Origin: Cyanophora paradoxa CCMP329
Lineage: Eukaryota > Plantae > Glaucophyta
DNA length: 64,000 bases
NCBI GenBank assembly: GCA_004431415.1
Contig: QPMI01000535.1
Location: 1-64,000, forward strand
Direction: 5' to 3'
Position 1 is the first letter of the stretch. Each line of letters begins with the position of its first letter. Under the pieces are notes generated by a model that saw only the letters and a program-made list of their open reading frames with translations, did not search any database and was not told the DNA's origin. Shown here one piece after another: positions 59,635-64,000 of this stretch. A program made the translations under genes and the position numbers.

Positions 59635-61077
59635 ATGACAAGGATGTCAAGACCGCCCATAGTAAGACGATCGCAAGATTTAGAGGGGAGCACATTGCCG
59701 ATCCCCGTGCCCAAAGAGAATAAAGAGAGCCGCATAGTAAAGCGGTCTGATTTAAAGGCTTTGGTGCCCCGCGACGTGCCCGTAGCCCTTGCTGTCCCGG
59801 AGCAATCGAAAATCGCGCGTAAATTCTACGATCCGCAAACCGGTTTCAAAGGGATCACTAAGCTACGGCAAGAGCTGCCCGATGAGAATTATAAGAAATT
59901 GCAAGAGTGGTATAGCCGGCAAGAGGTCGTCCAAATTAATGCGCCGCACCTATCCCGCAAACGAGACCCCGCAATCCCGATTCGACAGCCCCTCGATACC
60001 TACGTAATTGATCTGCTATTCTTTCCGGCGTATGCTAAGTATAATGACGGCTACCAAGCGTTTTTAACTGGGATGGAGAACACGTTGCGCGTCGGATATA
60101 TTATACCGATGCGGGATAAGTCCGCGGCGTCGACCTTAGCCGCCTTTATACAGCTGCAAAATAAGGCGCCGAGACCAATTTTTAAGATTCAAAGCGACCG
60201 CGGCTCAGAATTCACTAATAGCCTGTTAAGAGAATATTTCGAGAATCAGTTTATAGAACATCAGATTGCGGACACAGCCGACCATCGCGCGCAAGGGCGC
60301 ATAGAAGCATTTAACAAGCAAATGCGGCGGCTGATCACGAGCTACTGCATCGCGAATAATACGGCGCGATTTATAGATGTCCTGCCCGAGTTAGAATATA
60401 ACTATAATAATACGGTGCACTCTGCGACCGGCTATATGCCTGCCGAGACCAACGAGAGTCACTATAAGCTTATAGTGCAAAAAGAAGATGCGAAATTCAA
60501 GAAATCGATAGCTTATTTGGATCAGATTCAGCCGGGCATGTCAGTAAGGCTACGCATCGAGAAGACGCCATTCGCTAAGGGCGGTAACAATTGGAGCCGG
60601 ATCGTATACACTGTCGCCGGGCGCGAGGGCTATAAGTTTATGCTAACTGATCCGGACGGCAATCGCGTAGAGGGTCGCTTTGCCTTCCACGAGCTATTGC
60701 CTGTCCAAGCTGTGGATTACCTAATGGCGCCCACAGTAGACGCATTAGAGGCGGCAAAGGACGAGGCGCGGGTCGATGCGCAATTGCGTAGAGAGGGCAT
60801 AGAAGCCGCCGCATCAGTGCCGCAAGGCACTCTATTAGAGGATCGCGTGCAAAAAGAGAAACGCGTAAATAAAGAATTACAGCGGCTAGTAACCGCCGCG
60901 GAGCCTAAGCTATCCGGCGGCGTGAATAGCCAACGATGGTATAAGTCGTTCTCTAATCAAACTGAGAGCTATAAAGCGCCGGAAACCAAAGCTACATTAA
61001 GAAGTAGTAGAAAAGTAGCAACGGTAGCGCCGGTAGCTAATGGCGATCGAAAAGCGACTCTGAGACCACGAAAGTAG
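59635..61077 (+). CDS. Retroviral-like (RVE) DDE integrase, Polinton type
   Basis: YVIDL, IQSDRGSEF, RIEAFN catalytic triad; YNNTVHSATG..P; consistent with a 6-bp TSD. Confidence 0.93.
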   Translation: MTRMSRPPIVRRSQDLEGSTLPIPVPKENKESRIVKRSDLKALVPRDVPVALAVPEQSKIARKFYDPQTGFKGITKLRQELPDENYKKLQEWYSRQEVVQINAPHLSRKRDPAIPIRQPLDTYVIDLLFFPAYAKYNDGYQAFLTGMENTLRVGYIIPMRDKSAASTLAAFIQLQNKAPRPIFKIQSDRGSEFTNSLLREYFENQFIEHQIADTADHRAQGRIEAFNKQMRRLITSYCIANNTARFIDVLPELEYNYNNTVHSATGYMPAETNESHYKLIVQKEDAKFKKSIAYLDQIQPGMSVRLRIEKTPFAKGGNNWSRIVYTVAGREGYKFMLTDPDGNRVEGRFAFHELLPVQAVDYLMAPTVDALEAAKDEARVDAQLRREGIEAAASVPQGTLLEDRVQKEKRVNKELQRLVTAAEPKLSGGVNSQRWYKSFSNQTESYKAPETKATLRSSRKVATVAPVANGDRKATLRPRK

Positions 61078-61995
61078 TAGGCGCCGCGGTGCTTTCGTAG
61101 CCGCCAAATCGCGCCCTTTGCGAATCAGACCGCGCCGCTTTGTAGTAGCGTAGAACTACTCTATACGCGCGCGGATGCGAAGTATGACTAGTGGAGCCGC
61201 ACGGGAACGCGCGCCGGCGCGCACGACGTAGGGGACACCTCGGTTTTCGGGCATCTGTGCCTATGGAGAATTCGCGCTTCGCGCCATGGTTGAGTAAGCT
61301 AGTCAAACTAGCACCAACATGCCCGGAAGCAAGTTACGAGCACGTAGCAATTGAGAGCGCGCCGAGATCGGCTTGCTGTCCAAAGTTATGCCCGGAAAAC
61401 GAAAGGGGGGGTCGCCGCCGAGTCGCGATCGCGGTGTTATGGTAAATATTTGCCGGCGACTCGGGACTCGGGACTCGGGACTCGGGACTCCGGGAAGTTG
61501 GCAAGTCGGTCAGTCACTGGTCAGTCATAGTCAGTCAAGTTTTGGTGTCGGCTTGTCGTTAAATCGACAAGTAATGGCGGCTTGTCGAAAAAACGTCAAG
61601 TCTGTTGCGGCTTGTCGTAAAAACGTCAAGCCGACGAAAGATATACCCCAATCGGTTACGCGAGCCTCTACCCCAATCGGTTACGCCCGCATAACCGGTT
61701 ACGCGAGCCTCTACCCCAATCGGTTACGGTCACATCCGCGATTGGTCGAACATCGAAAAACACATAAAAAACTACTTTGTGGCATGCTATATGTTTTCGG
61801 GATCGCCGTGATGTGATGACCCCGAATATGTCGGTGACGCCGGTGTATATATGTATATGTCGTGATATGCGAAAAAAACAAAAAAAAACAAAAAATGCAA
61901 AGTTGTGCGGGATCACTCACACAGAGGTTCGGACATATATACGAAATATATGCATGACTAAATCGTTATTGTTTCATAGAACTCGCATGTAGTTT

Positions 61996-62946
61996 GCATG
62001 TATCTTGCATAGTGGGCGGGGCTTTTCAATCCTGAGAGAGTCTCAGACTGATAACAATCATAAAACAAGGTGTTACAAGTGGATTTATAGATTCTCAGTA
62101 AGGTGTTACAGGTGTTACAGGTCTATCCCAAAGTTTCCTATCCCCCACCCCCTCCTAGGGCAAAGTTTGGGATGAACCTGTAACACCTGTAACACTGACC
62201 TATTTCAGTAAGAACCTATTAAAACAACAAAATATCAGTCTTAATATATCATAGTAATATCATTAGTAATTCTTTTTGTATTATAACGATCAATTTCATA
62301 TCGTTTTCAGTGCGAAACTATTCACTATCACATACTCTCGATGCGCGCGAAATGTTTCATGCAGCACACGATAATTGTTTACGTTGTTACAGGTGTTACA
62401 GGTCTTGCCCAAACTCGGGAACCAAGACCCCACTCCTAGGGCGGACTTTGGGATAAACCTGTAACACCTGTAACACTGAATAAGACCAATTAAAATACAA
62501 AAGAATCAATCATAATATATCATAGATCTACTTTGTTTTATAGAGAGCCGCATACAGAACGTTCCATGCAGCTCATGGTAGTTGTTTTTGATAAAACGGC
62601 GCGTGATCGTCGATTATGCATTGAAAATTCAGAACAACACACATATACAACGCCCGGCTTTTAGACTGAGGCAAGTTATAATTAAACTAAGTTGAGTCAC
62701 ACCTATACTATAATGAAACTCACGAGATATTTAAGTCTACTCATCGAGAATATAGCTAAACTTCACATAAACTATACATATTTCACATATTTTATTAAAA
62801 AGAAGCTATAACTCACGATAAAATAAATACATATAACAGATAAAATACACACATATTCACGATAGATATATTATAAATACAGGTTATATACTAACGAGAT
62901 CAATTTAAATAAGCCGAGGTCTAAAAGCCGGGCGTTGTATATGTGT
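61996..62946 (-). repeat. Right terminal inverted repeat (951 bp)
   Basis: Reverse complement of 36075-37025, followed by TSD CAACCG. Confidence 0.95.
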
Positions 62947-64000
62947 CAACCGGTACCGTTGAACTTGCAATTTGTTTTTGAGAGACTACGGTGGGGCGAA
63001 CCCCCCGTAGGTAGTGATATTAAGGACAACAAAGCAATCACAAATCAAAGATACAGTAAAGTAGCACAAAATATATATACAGAATCAAGAGGGATCACGA
63101 GAAGGGACACGATCAGATCTAGAAGAACGCAAAAGATAAGGAGAACGAGCACGAGGAGAAGGAGTAGAAGAGCTCAAGGACGTCGACGCAGAAGTACGAG
63201 TCACACTAGAACGACGAGGAGCACGGGGACGCAGGGAATAATTATATAAGGAGAACGAGCACGAGGAACTACAGTCGAAGACGAAGATCTAGACGAAGAC
63301 GACAAGATAGAGCTAACAGCAGAACTAGAAGACGTAGTCGCAGGAGGCAGAGGCGGCAGAACAGTAGGAGAGGCGAAACGTAGGACACCACTAGAGGGGA
63401 GAGTCGAAGCTGGCGGAGTGTCTAAACGGAATCGAGATTGTAGAGTTGGTAATTATAAAACGTTAACAATGGACGGCTGAAGACTAATCTGAGGAACTGG
63501 GGACGACACGAGGAAAGGGGCAGAACTCGGATTCAGACTCGGAATCGATATCGGCAGTATAAGAGGAGGGGCGAAACGCAAGCCAGTAGTGACAGGGAAG
63601 GCAGACGATGGGGCTGAACCAGCCTGGCAGGCGGGAGAGGCAAAAATAGCGAAGTAGAAGAGAGAGGTTAGTCTAAATTCTATAGCTTAACTCACTCGGC
63701 TTATTTCTCGCGCGGGTAAGACTCTGAGATCTAGATCAGGATCGTATGCTGGAGATATCTGATTTGAATATACTGCCGGCCGTACACTCTAGATGACTAC
63801 AATTGGATGCCTGTAAACGATCAGGGGGCTGCACACGAGGCTAAGGTCTGTGACTAGACCGACAGCTACGAGGGTGCTGGCCTCTGGGCGCCTCCGATGC
63901 GAACGAAATATAATGAAGAGAAGCGGCATCCAATAAATGATATAAAATATGTTTGGTGTGAAGCAGCGAGGAAAGAGAAGAAAGACGATATCGATGAATC

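Larger units (their letters stand above)
36075..62946. mobile_element. Complete integrated Polinton/Maverick-like (Polinton-like) dsDNA virus, 26,872 bp
   Basis: 951-bp TIRs starting ACACATATACAACGCCCGGC; 6-bp direct repeat CAACCG at 36069-36074 and 62947-62952; intronless, gene-dense, lower GC than host; pPolB, RVE integrase, A32 ATPase and capsid genes present. Confidence 0.95.

Noticed and set aside
36074-62947. TIR extended by one base (G...C)
   Set aside because: That boundary destroys the 6-bp CAACCG duplication

Overview
Eukaryotic, GC-rich, intron-containing genomic DNA (protist/alga-like; host not identifiable from sequence alone), in three parts. (1) ~1.9-17.2 kb: a locally amplified two-intron gene family. 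Six copies join an unknown ~130-aa domain (possibly beta-grasp) to N-termini that copy the histone H3 tail without a histone fold; one has an exact K9M substitution (MAKVKERARMSTGGKAPRKNLA). Several sit head-to-head with partner genes across a conserved ~300-bp block. (2) ~17.6-36 kb: MITEs, a complete non-autonomous CACTA element (23800-25976, TSD CAC), retroposon-like remnants and a multi-exon subtilisin (S8)-WSC gene. (3) 36075-62946: a complete 26.9-kb endogenous Polinton/Polinton-like virus with 951-bp TIRs and a 6-bp TSD (CAACCG). It encodes fibre proteins, two pentons, a likely MCP, HNH-AP2, an A32 ATPase, a PrimPol-SF3 helicase, a pPolB with an apparently dead exonuclease, and an RVE integrase. 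Its TIRs contain nested inverted termini and 91-bp iteron palindromes, one of which recurs just downstream of the helicase. All six frameshifts in the element are fixed by adding one base in a short homopolymer, so it is probably intact. All calls come from reading motifs by eye; no searches were run.
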